IMG/VR virus record: IMGVR_UViG_3300032083_003244
Coordinates: 1 to 46,953 of that record
Origin: a virus
Taxonomy: Duplodnaviria; Caudoviricetes
Direction: 5' to 3' (one strand)
DNA: 46,953 bases
A model generated the notes under the pieces. The model worked only from the letters and a program-made list of their open reading frames with translations, ran no database searches and was not told the origin of the DNA. The position numbers and the translations under genes are program-made. Shown one piece after another: positions 45,982 to 46,953 of the stretch; the first letter of the stretch is position 1, and the number at the start of each line of letters is the position of its first letter.

Positions 45982-46170
45982 CTAATGCACACGCTTCAAA
46001 CACTCATCGACGAGAAGGCGTAGCTCTTTATCCGTCTTGATTGCACCCATGCGCTCAAGGGTTACAATCTCCTTAATGGTTAGATGATCCCATAGCCTAA
46101 CTGGATGATTCTTGGCTATGTTAAGCAGATATTCCTCTTGCTTTTCGTTTAGCCTTGGTGTATTATTCAT
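45982..46170 (-). CDS. Small early protein
   Basis: 62 aa, overlaps the upstream stop. Confidence 0.55.
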   Translation of the reverse strand: MNNTPRLNEKQEEYLLNIAKNHPVRLWDHLTIKEIVTLERMGAIKTDKELRLLVDECLKRVH

Positions 46171-46366
46171 ACATTAAGGCATCAAGTTTTACCTCATCCA
46201 TGAGGGATAGAAGAAGCTCAGCGTCATCCGTGTTCTCCTCGCTATTCTCAATATACCAACCCTCGCCTAATTCATTCCCCGCTTCAATGTCCATAGCGAT
46301 TCTCTCAAGGATAAACCGCGCTTGACCTAGGTCAGAAGCATTAAAGGCTATATTCACACACACCAT
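46163..46366 (-). CDS. Small acidic early protein
   Basis: 67 aa, D/E rich. Confidence 0.55.
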   Translation of the reverse strand: MVCVNIAFNASDLGQARFILERIAMDIEAGNELGEGWYIENSEENTDDAELLLSLMDEVKLDALMYE

Positions 46367-46675
46367 ACAAAGAGCTAATTAGTTTTATTAAGAAACGTTG
46401 TGATAATGTCGTAAGCACCAAGGAAGAAACAATAGACGAACAAGATCGTGACAGCACCCGCTAGACCATCAACTAATAGGTCTATATTTTTTTTACGCCG
46501 AACCCGCTTCTTCCGAGCCTCATCAGCCTCAAGGCGTGATCGCTCAATAGTCATATGACTCTAATAAAGGAATAAGATATAATACTTAGAGTTATTAGCT
46601 AGGATAGAGATAGACGAGTCCATATCATCCTAACTAAGGGGGAAAGAGAGGAGATAATTGCTCTCTTATGTGCCT

Positions 46676-46721
46676 ATAATAACCCATTTCTACCTTAATG
46701 TCTACACCTAGTTGTGGATAA
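46676..46721 (-). promoter_or_regulatory. Early sigma70-type promoter with adjacent DnaA box
   Basis: - strand TAGACA-17 nt-TATTAT; TGTGGATAA at 46713-46721 in the divergent intergenic region. Confidence 0.65.
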
Positions 46722-46725
46722 GCCT

Positions 46726-46953
46726 ATGAAAAGCGCTAAGATTAGCCAAAAAACAGACGTTCTAAAGCCTGAAAGTATAGCTCCCACGAAGTTAGATTCT
46801 AGCGTTTTTGCTAGGTTTTTTAAGGAGTACATTCAGGAGAAAATAGACAAAAACAAGGGGGCAATCATTGAAGCCCTCCTAAAGAAAGCACGCAAAGGAG
46901 ACATACCAGCCATCAAGGAATTGCTTGATAGAGGCATCGGAAAACCAACAGAA
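46726..46953 (+). CDS. terS: Putative terminase small subunit, 5' part (continues through the origin to 136)
   Basis: CCTATG start at 46726; joined ORF MKSAKISQK...AIIEALLKKARKGDIPAIKELLDRGIGKPTEVIEQQTTISIRIDI (~90 aa) directly upstream of terL. Confidence 0.7.
   Translation, partial: MKSAKISQKTDVLKPESIAPTKLDSSVFARFFKEYIQEKIDKNKGAIIEALLKKARKGDIPAIKELLDRGIGKPTE
46863..46953. repeat. Terminal direct repeat, right copy
   Basis: Identical to 1-91; falls inside an ORF that reads through the junction. Confidence 0.97.

Overview
The window is an apparently complete, circularly assembled dsDNA phage genome of about 46.86 kb; bases 1-91 repeat exactly at 46863-46953. The + strand (46726 through the origin to 26304) holds a podovirus-like morphogenesis module: small and large terminase, portal, scaffold, major capsid, fibres, holin-like and C39-like genes, tail proteins and three large ejection proteins, one with a lysozyme-like domain. 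The - strand (26301-46553) holds nine tRNAs, an ERF recombinase, a PD-(D/E)XK nuclease, an AAA+ ATPase, three HNH/NinG-type nucleases and an early anti-restriction cluster (ArdA-like, possible SAM lyase). I recognise no integrase, DNA polymerase, primase or helicase. Near-universal TATG start contexts without Shine-Dalgarno motifs suggest a Patescibacteria (CPR)-like host (inference). The standout feature is a 20-unit, 36-nt-period dual-repeat array (31309-32037). It lies directly upstream of a 218-aa IS110/Nop-fold protein that lacks a nuclease domain, matching a TIGR-Tas (TasA-type) RNA-guided DNA-targeting system. Other candidates: a 6S-like rod RNA in the tRNA cluster, a tRNA-like gene with an aberrant anticodon arm, DnaA-box-coupled promoters and several structured intergenic elements. 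All calls are by eye; no searches were run.
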